A stretch of 61,348 bases of DNA, filler included, from Theionarchaea archaeon (GTDB lineage: Archaea; Methanobacteriota_B; Thermococci; Methanofastidiosales; SZ-28-30), in NCBI GenBank assembly GCA_018992565.1. It is 3 parts of 3 records of this genome, joined end to end, with 100 filler letters (N's around TTAATTAATTAA, not from the genome) between each part and the next. Parts side by side here need not be neighbours in the genome. Positions count along the whole stretch, not along the records: positions 21,082 to 41,194 come from JACVGW010000051.1; positions 41,295 to 61,348 come from JACVGW010000052.1; 1 more part is not named here. One strand, 5' to 3'. Of the stretch, positions 30,982-41,341 are shown piece after piece. Under the pieces are notes generated by a model that did no database searches, had not been told where the DNA came from, and was given only the letters and a program-made list of their open reading frames with translations. Both the position numbers and the translations under genes were made by a program. Each line of letters starts with the position of its first letter. Position 1 is the first letter of the stretch.

Positions 30982-33900
30982 ATGGTGACCGTGACGAGCT
31001 CTGAGAATTCAAGAAATGAACGGAGAAAGCATGTACTTTCTTCTCTGAATGCTGCACTTGTAGCATTTCAAAGGGCAGTAGATTCTAGAGATATTTGTAC
31101 TGCAATTTCTCATGAATTGGGAAAGATGGGAGTTCCCAGTGTTGTCTTGGGAATTGATCCTCTCAGAGAGAATTTACAGCTTCACGATATTCAACTGCCG
31201 TCATTGCCTGCGGAAACGAATTTGGAAATTGCAGGAGTCCCGGTCAAAGGTACGAAATTCAAGAGAGATACGCTTTTCCAGATAGAATTTTCAGAAGAGG
31301 GTGCTGTTACCCAGTGTGATTTTGGATATCTGGCACGTGGGCTGGGAGTGTCTTCCGACCTCTGCGTAACCTCTATTCCTGGAACAGGTATTATGATTCC
31401 CCTCGTAAATCAGGGTTTTGTGCTTGTTCTGGGACTTGATGACGTCACAGAAAGAGAGATTGCTTGGTTTTCTGTTTTCAGAGATGTCCTGGAGGCTTCC
31501 ATTCACATAAGAAATCAACTGAAAGAAGTTGAAGAGCAGAAAGATTTCTCCGAGAGAATCATACGAGAGGTGCAGGAGGGTATACTCCTTGAAAATACTC
31601 AAGGCAAAATCATGTTTGTCAATCCCAAGCTCCTGCAAATGCTGGACTATACTGCAGATGAACTGATCGGCAAGCATTATTCCTACATCGCCAGTTCTCA
31701 GAGTCTACCTGTAGCAGAAGCGGAAACCAAGAAGAGACCACAGGGAGTAAAAAGTCAATATGAGGCAGGATTGCAGCGGAAAGATAGGTCCATAATCCCA
31801 GTCATTGTTAGCGCTACTCCTCTCTTTGAGAACGGAAAGTATACAGGAAATCTTACTGTTTTCACAGATCAGACCACCCAGAAAAAGGCAGAAGAGGAAA
31901 TACGAAGTCTGAAGGAGTTCAGTGAGAATATCATTCAATCCCTACATGATGCTCTGCTCATTGAAGACGAAAAGGGTGTTATTACCTTTGTCAATCCGAC
32001 AGTGGAACAGCTGTTGGAAATCCCAGAAAAAGAGATAGTAGGTCATCACTGGAGCGAATTCATAGCTCCTGATTATCTTGAGAAAGTGAGAACAGAAACC
32101 TCCAGGGGAAAAAAAGGTGTAAGTGGACAGTACGAAGCTGCTCTTATTACAAGGAGTGGGAAAGTCACGCCTGTCATGGTGGGAGCGACCCCTCTTTTCG
32201 ACAATAAGACGTTCAAAGGGATCATATCAGTGTACATGGATTTGACAGTGATGAAGGAGAAGGAGAATGAAATAAGGAAGAGGAATGAAGATCTCAGGCT
32301 TTTGTCCAGGATAAACCATGCGCTGAATACCGGTCAGGATCTCAGCACTATACTGGATTTGGCAGTCCAGGAGATTCAGAAGATTTTTGATTCTGACGCT
32401 GCTTCTATCATGTTTATTGAGGAGGATGGGAAAGCCAGGTTGTCTCAGCATGCTATTTCGCCTGCAGTTCGTCACATGCTCAAGCTGGAAGAAAAACCTC
32501 AAGAGATCGTATTCAATCTTGATAGGGGAAGTCTGGTTGAGAAGTCAGCAAAGAAGAAGAGAGGGTTTCTGGTACAGGAAGAATCTCTCAGAGAGATACT
32601 CGGAGGTGTACTTACTCCGGATATGACAGCCAGCATTCGGGAGAGGACTCTGATGAAATCAGCAGTCATACTTCCTCTGGCCGTGGAAGATGAGGTTTTC
32701 GGTGTGATGATCCTGGGATCCCGGCAGGTTCTGGGGCAGGATGATTTTCACAGGATAGAGTCTCTTTCCAAGCACCTGGCAGTGGCTATTCATCATGCAC
32801 GTCTTGATGACATCGTCAAGAGAGCCTCTATGGAGTTGCAGTCCCATTTGAAAGAACAGACAACACTGCGAGAGCTCGCAGAGAGGCTGTATACAACTCA
32901 AACTGAAAGAGAGGTACTGGAGATTGTGGGGGAGCAGCTGCTCCAGCTCGGTCATGAATATCTTGCTGTACTCACCCGGGAAGACGATACCACGGCTCGA
33001 CTGGCATATTCTCAACCTGAGAACCTGGTGAAGAGGGTGGAAAAGAGAATGGAGCAGCTCACAGGGAGCAGGTCTCAGCTCGACAGGATTGATTTTACTG
33101 ACAGGGCTCTTTTCAAAGAAAGTGCTCACAGACGAGCTGCCATTGTCACACAGAATATTCCTCTACATGATGAAAAGGAAGTCTGTACCCTATCCATGGA
33201 GGAGCTCATGGAAGTGTGGCTTGGAACTTCACAGTATCATGAGCTGGAAGACCTGGCTGTTTTGCAGTCAGCCATCTGTATTCCTCTGTGCATAGCAGGA
33301 GAGTGCAGGGGAGCTTTCGTGGTGGGAAGTCTTCAGATTCTGACCCACCATGATTTCGTCATTCTGGAAACAGTAGGGCGAATGGTGGGAGAGGCTCTTG
33401 AAAGACTCACCTACTCAGAGGCTCTTGAGAAGAAATCGCAGGAATTGAAGACTACAAATGAACAGCTCAGTTTGCTGCAGGAGATAAATAATGCTCTGAA
33501 TTCTACCATGGATCTTGGAGAGATCTTCAGGATACTGGTGAAAGGAATGAGCTCTGTTTTCGGATATACATCTCCTTCTGTCTATCTGCTGAGCGAAGAC
33601 AGGACCTATCTTCTGGTAAAGGAATTTGATATTAGCTACAAATTGCTGGAAGGGATTACGAGGCTGGTAGGATTCAGCCCGGAGAAGTATAAGATCCCAC
33701 TGTTTGAGGGGAGCCAGCTAAAGAAAGTAATTGATGAGAATTGTCCCTTGATTACCAGCGATATCACTGGATTTCTTAAGGACTACACTGACAAGGAGTC
33801 TCTGCGCAGACTGGCCGGGGCTTTGTATAGAATGGGAAATGTGAACTGGGTTGCAGCCTTCCCCTTGACTGCTGGCGAAGAACCAGTGGGCATGATGGTG

Positions 33901-34698
33901 ATGGGAAGCAAGAAAAAGATAGAACAGAGCGATATCAACGCTATTAGTGGATTCCTGGATCAGGCAGTATTGGCCATTCACAAGGCTCGATTGTATGAGC
34001 AGTTGAAAGAAGCGAATCAGATGAAATCAGACTTCATTGATCTTGCCTCACATGAACTGAAGACACCTCTCACGTCTATCAAGCTGTACCTTGAAATGAT
34101 ACGAATGGGGCGTTATGGACAACTCACTCCTGAACTGGAGGAGAAAATTCACCTCATTCAGGCCAGTTCAAACAGGCTTGGAGAAATAATCGATAACACG
34201 CTCCTGTCTTCCAGAAAAGGAAAGAAAGACCTGGACATAGAAAGAATCTCTCTCAGCGAGCTGATACAGGATGTTATCAGTCAGCTTCGCCCATCATGGG
34301 AGTCAAAGAAACAGAAAATTGAGGTTCGGGGTCCATATAAACTTCCACCAGTCAAAGCAGACAAGACAGCAATGTGGAAAGTCATGGCAGCGTTGTTGGA
34401 AAATGCCATAAAATACTCTCCAGAAGAGTCCAGGATTACAGCAAAGATTTACGACCACACAGACAGTGTGGAAGTGGCTATCATGGATGAAGGCATTGGC
34501 ATCAAGCAGGAGGACCAGGAGAAGATTTTTCAACCATTTGTCATTGTTGCCTCTGAGAGTGAGTACAAACGTGTCGAAGAGAGAACTGGATTGGGACTCT
34601 TCATAGCCAAGGATATTATAGAACAACATGGGGGGAAGATCTGGGTTGAGAGCGTGTTTGGACTGGGAAGTACCTTTCACTTTACATTACCCAAGTAG
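30982..34698 (+). CDS. Cytoplasmic PAS/GAF sensor histidine kinase
   Basis: Two PAS repeats, several GAF-like segments, H-box ASHELKTPLTSI, ENAIKY, DEGIGI, GLGL, GSTF. Confidence 0.93.
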   Translation: MVTVTSSENSRNERRKHVLSSLNAALVAFQRAVDSRDICTAISHELGKMGVPSVVLGIDPLRENLQLHDIQLPSLPAETNLEIAGVPVKGTKFKRDTLFQIEFSEEGAVTQCDFGYLARGLGVSSDLCVTSIPGTGIMIPLVNQGFVLVLGLDDVTEREIAWFSVFRDVLEASIHIRNQLKEVEEQKDFSERIIREVQEGILLENTQGKIMFVNPKLLQMLDYTADELIGKHYSYIASSQSLPVAEAETKKRPQGVKSQYEAGLQRKDRSIIPVIVSATPLFENGKYTGNLTVFTDQTTQKKAEEEIRSLKEFSENIIQSLHDALLIEDEKGVITFVNPTVEQLLEIPEKEIVGHHWSEFIAPDYLEKVRTETSRGKKGVSGQYEAALITRSGKVTPVMVGATPLFDNKTFKGIISVYMDLTVMKEKENEIRKRNEDLRLLSRINHALNTGQDLSTILDLAVQEIQKIFDSDAASIMFIEEDGKARLSQHAISPAVRHMLKLEEKPQEIVFNLDRGSLVEKSAKKKRGFLVQEESLREILGGVLTPDMTASIRERTLMKSAVILPLAVEDEVFGVMILGSRQVLGQDDFHRIESLSKHLAVAIHHARLDDIVKRASMELQSHLKEQTTLRELAERLYTTQTEREVLEIVGEQLLQLGHEYLAVLTREDDTTARLAYSQPENLVKRVEKRMEQLTGSRSQLDRIDFTDRALFKESAHRRAAIVTQNIPLHDEKEVCTLSMEELMEVWLGTSQYHELEDLAVLQSAICIPLCIAGECRGAFVVGSLQILTHHDFVILETVGRMVGEALERLTYSEALEKKSQELKTTNEQLSLLQEINNALNSTMDLGEIFRILVKGMSSVFGYTSPSVYLLSEDRTYLLVKEFDISYKLLEGITRLVGFSPEKYKIPLFEGSQLKKVIDENCPLITSDITGFLKDYTDKESLRRLAGALYRMGNVNWVAAFPLTAGEEPVGMMVMGSKKKIEQSDINAISGFLDQAVLAIHKARLYEQLKEANQMKSDFIDLASHELKTPLTSIKLYLEMIRMGRYGQLTPELEEKIHLIQASSNRLGEIIDNTLLSSRKGKKDLDIERISLSELIQDVISQLRPSWESKKQKIEVRGPYKLPPVKADKTAMWKVMAALLENAIKYSPEESRITAKIYDHTDSVEVAIMDEGIGIKQEDQEKIFQPFVIVASESEYKRVEERTGLGLFIAKDIIEQHGGKIWVESVFGLGSTFHFTLPK

Positions 34699-34841
34699 GT
34701 CCAGACTGGAGTGATTGTACCGGGCGTCTACAAGAGATGTGTTCAGGATTTCTCTCCACTTACCAACTCAGTTTTCTGATTACCAGTTACTGGTTACTAA
34801 AACCTTATAAACCATGAAAGGAAAGTCACTCAGGTGAGTAC

Positions 34842-36416
34842 GTGATATTCTGGGCAGACAAAACTGCAGAAAAGATAATCAGAAGTGAAAAAGAGCTATA
34901 CAGAACTGAATGTGGACTTGGTGCATCAGGCATTCCTCACGTGGGTTCTGTTGGAGATGGGATTAGATCATATGCTGTTACTCTGGCCCTGAAAGACAGG
35001 GGTGTAGACAGTGAATTCGTAGCCTTTTCAGATGACAGGGATGGATTGAGAAAAGTACCCCTGGGATTCCCTGCTTTCCTTGAAGAATATATTGGTCGCC
35101 CTGTTTCCATGATTCCAGATCCTTTTGAGTGCCACACGAGCTATGGAGAACACATGTCCTCCCTGTTAGTTGATGCACTGGATAAGGTTGGTGTCAGGTT
35201 CACCTTTCAGAGTGGGAATACCGCATACAAGGAAGGAATTATGGATGAGGTAGTCGTGGAAGCCCTGAACCACTGGAAGGAGGCAGGAACCATCATCTTC
35301 GAGATGACAGGACAGAAAAAGTATCTCGAGCAGCTGCCTTTCAATGTCATCTGTTCAGAATGTGGGAAGATCTATACAACCCGGGCGTATGAATGGATCC
35401 CGGAGAAGAAGAAGATAGCATATGTGTGTGATCAGGAATTCAAAGGAGCAGATTCCAGGACGGGGAAAGAAGTAGCAGTCGCCGGGTGTGGTCACCAGGG
35501 TGAAGCCTCTATCAGGGATGGAAAGCTCACCTGGAAAGTAGAATTTGCTGCCCGCTGGAAAGCACTGGATATCAGTTTTGAGGCTTTTGGCAAGGATATT
35601 CTGGATTCTGTTCGCGTGAATGATCGTATTGCCAAAGATATCTTTCATATACATCCTCCTGTTCATGCCTTTTATGAGTTATTTGTGGAGCGTGGAGGAG
35701 GTCGCATCTCCAAGAGCAGAGGTAATGTGTTCACTCCACAGGTGTGGCTTTCATACGGCTCTCCGGAAAGCCTCCGCCTCCTCATGCTGAAACGGCTGGC
35801 GACGACGCGGGTGGTGGATGTGGAAGAAATCCCCAAGTTCATGAATGAAGTTGACTACCTGAAAAAAGTTTTCTTTGGAAGAGAGAAGATCAAGAATGAG
35901 AGGGAGAGCCAGCATCTCCGTCGATTATATGAATACGTGACATTCCTCAGTCCCGGGGATCGGACGGGACTTCTCATAGACTACTACACGCTGGTCCAAC
36001 TGGCACGAATGCTGCCCCGAACGGTAGAAAACAGGGTCACCCTATTCAGGGACATTCTCATACGCTCTGGATTGATTGAGGAGGAATTCTCAGATGAGGA
36101 ATTGAGGCAGCGGATCGAATATGCCACAGAATGGGTAGAAGAGGTGGAAGAAACTGAAAAGGAGGAACTCTCCTTCAGTGAAACAGAAAAGGTGGCTCTC
36201 AGGAATCTGGCTGACAAGCTACCTGGATACACTGATGGGGAGCAGATCCAGGAGCTGATCTTTCTCACTGCTCAGCAACATCAGGTGAAACCAGGAAGAT
36301 TCTTTCAGATGTTGTACAAGGTTGTCATCGGAACGGATCGAGGACCCCGGGCTGGAACGTTGATAAGTGGGGTTGGTCCAGAACGGGTTGCGGAAATGAT
36401 AATGAACGTGACATAG
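34842..36416 (+). CDS. lysS: Lysine--tRNA ligase, class I
   Basis: FWAD, GASGIPHVGS, DDRDGLRKVP, FGKD, ISKSRGN, GPRAG. Confidence 0.95.
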   Translation: MIFWADKTAEKIIRSEKELYRTECGLGASGIPHVGSVGDGIRSYAVTLALKDRGVDSEFVAFSDDRDGLRKVPLGFPAFLEEYIGRPVSMIPDPFECHTSYGEHMSSLLVDALDKVGVRFTFQSGNTAYKEGIMDEVVVEALNHWKEAGTIIFEMTGQKKYLEQLPFNVICSECGKIYTTRAYEWIPEKKKIAYVCDQEFKGADSRTGKEVAVAGCGHQGEASIRDGKLTWKVEFAARWKALDISFEAFGKDILDSVRVNDRIAKDIFHIHPPVHAFYELFVERGGGRISKSRGNVFTPQVWLSYGSPESLRLLMLKRLATTRVVDVEEIPKFMNEVDYLKKVFFGREKIKNERESQHLRRLYEYVTFLSPGDRTGLLIDYYTLVQLARMLPRTVENRVTLFRDILIRSGLIEEEFSDEELRQRIEYATEWVEEVEETEKEELSFSETEKVALRNLADKLPGYTDGEQIQELIFLTAQQHQVKPGRFFQMLYKVVIGTDRGPRAGTLISGVGPERVAEMIMNVT

Positions 36417-36417
36417 T

Positions 36418-37260
36418 CTATTCAGAGTGGCCATCGTGAAGGCTGAATAGTTCCTTTCTTCTGGCTTCCAGCAGGGTGTTGGGATGTCCCAGGTACTCTG
36501 CTGCAGTCTTCACTTTTGGGATTTTCCATACCTCAGGAACCTGTTCCCTGTACGTGAGGTCTCTCACATGGTGGTGATCCAGGATGACTTCTCCCGAATG
36601 GTCTGCGATTCCCAGTATGTTGGATTGAGCCTTCTGTATCTGTTCGGGGCTCATGAGATATGCAGGAGGTCCACTCATGATCACCAGATCTGGAGATTCC
36701 TCTCTGATAAAGTCTACTCCAGAGATCCCCTGGGTATCTGATGCATGAAGTATCTTTCTCTCTCCTTCTACAACTATCATGATTACAGGTATCTTCTCCG
36801 CAGCTCCGTGAGGAACGGGTTGAGAGAATGTTATTTTTAAGTCCCCAAAGGAAAAGGAGAGCCTATCTGCAGGAGTGAAAGAGCAGTGATTCAGGAAGGA
36901 AAGAGCTCTTTTTTTCTGCATGTAGTTCAATCCAGACAGACTTTTTCCCAGGATGTCTTTTCCCTGGTGGAATCTGCTGGCCATCTGCTGCGTGACGGAC
37001 CCATATAACCCTGCAGCAAAAGGAGTATGGTGGTCATTGTGCCAGTGGGATATGGTAATAATATGGGCTTTTGTGCTGTATTCATTTAATAATTTTCTCT
37101 TTTCTGTCAATTGCTCCAGTTCTCGTTGGTGAGGAGGTAGTCCAAATCGATGAGGTGCAAGACTCACCCCGGGATCTATGAGTATGTTACAGTCCCCTTG
37201 TATGAAGCAGCACATGCTCCGCACACCCATGGAATCAAAAGCCAGAGGAATAACTCTCAT
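36418..37260 (-). CDS. Metallo-beta-lactamase-fold hydrolase (UPF0282-like)
   Basis: AFDSMGVRSM, IDPGVSLAP, ISHWHNDH, HASDTQG, LDHH. Confidence 0.88.
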   Translation of the reverse strand: MRVIPLAFDSMGVRSMCCFIQGDCNILIDPGVSLAPHRFGLPPHQRELEQLTEKRKLLNEYSTKAHIITISHWHNDHHTPFAAGLYGSVTQQMASRFHQGKDILGKSLSGLNYMQKKRALSFLNHCSFTPADRLSFSFGDLKITFSQPVPHGAAEKIPVIMIVVEGERKILHASDTQGISGVDFIREESPDLVIMSGPPAYLMSPEQIQKAQSNILGIADHSGEVILDHHHVRDLTYREQVPEVWKIPKVKTAAEYLGHPNTLLEARRKELFSLHDGHSE

Positions 37261-37381
37261 ATCACTATCAGGCATTTGTCATTGAAAAAGCTCACGCTCA
37301 GCAGCATTAATCCTCCAGAGCAAAATCCTCTCACTCATGATACGCGAAAAAGGAGAAAAAGGAAAAGAGAGAGACTACCAT

Positions 37382-38266
37382 TTACAGTTCGATGGGGCAA
37401 TACAGGTCCAGGATCAGGTTATCATCAGAAGCACCTGGTTCATGCGCCTTTTCCAGGCACTGGTGACTACCATAGTGATACTTGCTGGATTTGACCCATT
37501 CTGTGACTTTTTTCCAGGACTCCAGGTACCCCTGTTCCTTGAAGAACTCTGATTCCAGTTCTTCTTTCAGGTTGCAGGTCGTAACAGCGTACAGTCCTCC
37601 TTCTATCTGTTTGATCTTTACAGGGCCTTCTGGTTTCACATCAGACCCCACCCGTATCCAGAATTCATATCCATACTCTTTGCTTCCAGGGGAGGGGTTT
37701 GGATTGTTGAACCCATATACCGGATGCTCTTCGAGATCTTCCAGAAGCCCCCTGGGCTCTGCCCATGCCCGCATCTTCTCCCATGCATCATGTTCGGGAG
37801 TCTCACTGATGACCTGAACACTGGCCACATGCATGGGTTCAAGGGTGACAATCTTAACGTTATATTCCTCCATAGTATGAACCTCCTTGGTGTGTATCTT
37901 CTGGATGTAGTCTGCTCGTTTCGCTGCTTCCACTTCTTTTCTCCGTCTGGAGTGAGAATACGTCCTGCCCACAACGTTCAGCAGTTCTCTGCCATCGCTA
38001 CTCAGATCATAACGGCCTCTTCCAGTTCGAAGAACCAGGCCAGATTCTACGAGGAGCCCGAGATGATGTGCAAGGGCTGTCTTTCCCAGCCCTGTGGTTT
38101 GTCTTAACTCCTCAAATGTGCCCTGGCCTTCAATCAGTGCTGCAACCAGACACAGTCGCTTCTCATGAGAGAGAGCACCCAACATGAGAACAATGTCTTC
38201 ACAGGATTCTGTCAGCATCCTACCCAGACTGGGAGCTGAGCTATTCACATCCATGGTACAATACAT
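37382..38266 (-). CDS. ArsR-type wHTH fused to a GyrI-like effector-binding domain
   Basis: ALSHEKRL...KTALAHHL N-terminal domain; GFNNP, YGYEFWI, GGLYAV, DLYCPI C-terminal domain. Confidence 0.85.
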   Translation of the reverse strand: MYCTMDVNSSAPSLGRMLTESCEDIVLMLGALSHEKRLCLVAALIEGQGTFEELRQTTGLGKTALAHHLGLLVESGLVLRTGRGRYDLSSDGRELLNVVGRTYSHSRRRKEVEAAKRADYIQKIHTKEVHTMEEYNVKIVTLEPMHVASVQVISETPEHDAWEKMRAWAEPRGLLEDLEEHPVYGFNNPNPSPGSKEYGYEFWIRVGSDVKPEGPVKIKQIEGGLYAVTTCNLKEELESEFFKEQGYLESWKKVTEWVKSSKYHYGSHQCLEKAHEPGASDDNLILDLYCPIEL

Positions 38267-38464
38267 CTTCTTTCCTTTATAAACGTTTCGATTATTTTGA
38301 ACATTAGTTCTGTTTTCACTGAACAGAGCGTGATGTACTGCTCTGCTTCCACTGTGTGAAGGGAACCTTTCTGAACAAGGTTGCGTGCACCAAGGTGTGC
38401 TGGACTTCTTCAGAGGAGATTTTCTTACACAAGTGTTTTTAAAGGATCAAATAGAAAAACGAGT

Positions 38465-39787
38465 ATGCCACTTGATAATCTGGGAAAGGCCATCAATGCT
38501 GCTCTGAGAAAACTGACTCGTGGAGTTGTGGACGAGGAATTGGTCAAGGAAATATGCAGGGACATTCAGAGAGCTCTCCTCCAGGCAGATGTAAATGTAA
38601 AACTGGTATTTGAGCTCACCACACGAATTGAAGAACGAGCCCTCAAGGAAAAACTCCCCCCCGGGATTTCCAGAGCTGAGCACGTAACAAAGATTGTCTA
38701 TGATGAGATTACCGGTGTTTTGGGAGAGAAAAAAGAGAAGATTCAGGTTTCTGCTCATCCAACAAAGCTGCTCTTGGTGGGTATCCAGGGTTCCGGGAAG
38801 ACCACAACCTGTGGGAAGCTTGGTAGGTTCTTCCAGAAGAGAGGGTTTAAAGTGGGTATTGTATGTACTGACACCTACAGACCGGGTGCATTTGAGCAAT
38901 TGAAGCAGTTCTCCACAGTGGATGTCTTTGGAGATCCTGAAGGAAAGGATGCTATCAAGCTGGCAAAAGACGGGGTGAAATACTTCACTGACAGGAAAAC
39001 AGATTTGATTATTGTAGATACTGCGGGAAGACATAAAGAAGAAGCTGACCTCATTGAGGAAATGAAGCGAATATCCAAAGTTGTTGACCCTCAAGAGGTC
39101 ATTCTGGTCATTGATGGTACTATTGGCCAGCAGGCCCATCAGCAGGCAGAAGCGTTCATGCAGGCAACAGATATTGGATCAATCATCATCACCAAGCTGG
39201 ATGGTTCAGCGAAAGGTGGTGGCGCACTCTCTGCTGTCCATGCAACAGGAGCCCCCATTAAGATGATTGGAGAGGGAGAGAAAATAGACGCACTGGAGGA
39301 ATTCGATCCCAAGCGGTATGTAGCTCGCCTCCTAGGACTGGGTGACATAGAATCTCTGCTCTCTAAAGTAAAAGAAGCCACTGAACACCATGAAATGACT
39401 GAAAAGGATGCTATGAAATTCATGACCGGGAAGTTCAACCTCAAAGACATGTACCAGCAACTGGAAATGGTTACGTCCATGGGTCCGCTCCAGCAGATCA
39501 TGAAGATGATCCCGGGACTTGGAATGAATGTGCCCTCTGATATGATTGAAATGTCGGAGGAACGACTCAAGAAATTCAAGGTTATCATGGATTCAATGAC
39601 GAGAGATGAATTGGAGACTCCCAAGAAGATTCACTTCTCCAACATAAAAAGAATTGCGAGGGGCTCAGGAACAAGCTCCAAGGAGGTCAAAGGACTCCTG
39701 GACCAGTATAACATGATGAAGAAGCTATTCAAGCAGTTCGGGAAGAGAGGAAAGAAACTCAGACTTCCCAAAGGCTTCCAGATGTGA
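38465..39787 (+). CDS. srp54: Signal recognition particle protein SRP54
   Basis: [39 protein letters not shown], Met-rich M domain. Confidence 0.97.
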   Translation: MPLDNLGKAINAALRKLTRGVVDEELVKEICRDIQRALLQADVNVKLVFELTTRIEERALKEKLPPGISRAEHVTKIVYDEITGVLGEKKEKIQVSAHPTKLLLVGIQGSGKTTTCGKLGRFFQKRGFKVGIVCTDTYRPGAFEQLKQFSTVDVFGDPEGKDAIKLAKDGVKYFTDRKTDLIIVDTAGRHKEEADLIEEMKRISKVVDPQEVILVIDGTIGQQAHQQAEAFMQATDIGSIIITKLDGSAKGGGALSAVHATGAPIKMIGEGEKIDALEEFDPKRYVARLLGLGDIESLLSKVKEATEHHEMTEKDAMKFMTGKFNLKDMYQQLEMVTSMGPLQQIMKMIPGLGMNVPSDMIEMSEERLKKFKVIMDSMTRDELETPKKIHFSNIKRIARGSGTSSKEVKGLLDQYNMMKKLFKQFGKRGKKLRLPKGFQM

Positions 39788-39949
39788 TCCAGCGTGCTGT
39801 ACCCATTCTCTCCACTCTCATTTTCAATCGTTCTTGGACATAGTTATTAATTTACTATGTAATGAATCTATGTTGTTAATCAATAATCCTAATCAACAAT
39901 GCAAACATTTATAAGGAGTGAATGCAATATAATATTTGACGGTGTTGGA

Positions 39950-40375
39950 ATGAAAAAGCTCAGCGAAGTACTTGGAGACAAACTCTCGAAAGAAAAAGGG
40001 CACGCGGAGGAATACTACGAGGATACAGACACCGGTGGCCTTTCCATGTCTCGAGGGTTCAGAGATGTAGATGCTGTCAACTATGAAGAGGACATCCTTT
40101 CAGACGAGTTCTTAGAGTACGGTGTCACCTACGTGAAGCCCGTTAAGCTGAGAAGTCTGGCTGATGTGCAGAAAGTGAACCAGGAACTCAATGAAGGGAA
40201 CATTGTACTGGGCGACATCACTCCTCTGCTCAATAGAGACCCTCAGGAGCTGAAGAGGGCCGTAGATCAGCTGAAAGGAATTTGCAGAGGAATTGGCGGC
40301 GACATTATAGGAATCGGGGAGAGTAAGATTCTGGTGACTCCTACCAATATCCGAATATATAGAAGTAAAGAGTAG
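39950..40375 (+). CDS. sepF: Cell division protein SepF
   Basis: ELNEGNIVLGDI, LKRAVDQLK, GGDI, ILVTP; conserved adjacency to ZPR1. Confidence 0.88.
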   Translation: MKKLSEVLGDKLSKEKGHAEEYYEDTDTGGLSMSRGFRDVDAVNYEEDILSDEFLEYGVTYVKPVKLRSLADVQKVNQELNEGNIVLGDITPLLNRDPQELKRAVDQLKGICRGIGGDIIGIGESKILVTPTNIRIYRSKE

Positions 40376-40380
40376 ATTGT

Positions 40381-40866
40381 ATGGAATGTCCCTCATGTGG
40401 CGGTGCGCTCACTCTGATTACTGAAACATATGAAATTCCTTATTTTGGTATGGTACTTCAATCTACGTTTATATGTTCCTGTGGATACCGATTTGTGGAC
40501 ATCTTTCCGTTTGAGGAGAAGATTCCCATGCGGTATACCTTACCTGTGGGCAGAGATGCATTGTGCGTCCGGGTAGTGAAGTCGTCTACATGTGTAATAG
40601 AGATACCGGAATTGGGCGTTAGAGTGGAGCCTGGTCCTGCGTCTGAGGGTATAGTTACCAATATTGAAGGTATTCTGCGACGGGTAGAAAGTGCTTTGAA
40701 GACTGCTATTCAGTGGGGTGATCCAGATCAAAAAAGGAAGGGAAAGAAGATATTGAAGAACCTGTGGGACGTGTTAGAGGGTAATGGCGTCGTAACGGTG
40801 ATTCTTGAGGATCCAAGAGGATTCAGTTGTATTGTTTCTGAAAAAGCAGTTGCTGATACCCTTTGA
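40381..40866 (+). CDS. ZPR1 zinc finger protein
   Basis: CPSC, IPYFG, CSCGY, IPELG, EPGP, NIEG. Confidence 0.92.
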   Translation: MECPSCGGALTLITETYEIPYFGMVLQSTFICSCGYRFVDIFPFEEKIPMRYTLPVGRDALCVRVVKSSTCVIEIPELGVRVEPGPASEGIVTNIEGILRRVESALKTAIQWGDPDQKRKGKKILKNLWDVLEGNGVVTVILEDPRGFSCIVSEKAVADTL

Positions 40867-40883
40867 ATTCTCATTGGAAAGAG

Positions 40884-40982
40884 TTAGCGACCTGCGAACT
40901 TTCCTCTTTTCCCTGCCATCCCCTCAATAATCAGTATCAATAATATTTGCATGTGGACTATTAATGGTGTCCTTTTTCTCAT
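40884..40982 (-). CDS. Putative 32-aa basic/hydrophobic micropeptide
   Basis: MRKRTPLIVHMQILLILIIEGMAGKRGKFAGR; AGGTGA RBS 6 nt before the ATG and a consensus promoter at 40997-41033. Confidence 0.5.
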   Translation of the reverse strand: MRKRTPLIVHMQILLILIIEGMAGKRGKFAGR

Positions 40983-40996
40983 ATCATTTCACCTAT

Positions 40997-41033
40997 TCAT
41001 TATTGCTAATCAACACTATATAAAGTTTTCGGT
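40997..41033 (-). promoter_or_regulatory. BRE/TATA plus conserved downstream box (copy 2 of 3)
   Basis: Reverse complement ACCGAAAACTTTATATAGTGTTGATTAGCAATAATGA; 34/37 identical to 46531-46567. Confidence 0.8.
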
Positions 41034-41096
41034 GAACATAGATAAGCGTGATCTTTATCCGTAACGTTTATATAGGGAGGATGAGAAGAATTGTTA

Positions 41097-41194
41097 ATGG
41101 AAACTGATACAGAGAAGTTGATATTGGATTTCCTTAAGAAACAACCCATGGGGGCTACAGTTACAGATATTGCAAACAGACTCAATATGTCAAG
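41097..41194 (+). CDS. Winged-helix/HTH protein, N-terminal fragment cut by gap
   Basis: METDTEKLILDFLKKQPMGATVTDIANRLNMS; TTTATATA box about 25 nt upstream. Confidence 0.7.
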
Positions 41195-41294
41195 NNNNNN
41201 NNNNNNNNNNNNNNNNNNNNNNNNNNNNNNNNNNNNNNTTAATTAATTAANNNNNNNNNNNNNNNNNNNNNNNNNNNNNNNNNNNNNNNNNNNN
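41195..41294. other. Assembly gap with artificial TTAATTAATTAA linker
   Basis: N run with an all-frame stop linker in its centre. Confidence 0.95.
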
Positions 41295-41341
41295 AGAAAT
41301 ATTTAAATATTATGCCGACGTCACGTACAATGGTGATACAA

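Noticed and set aside
34778..34800. Short TTACYR iterations and an ACCAGT-T-ACTGGT palindrome before lysS
   Set aside because: Too short and seen only once; no independent support.
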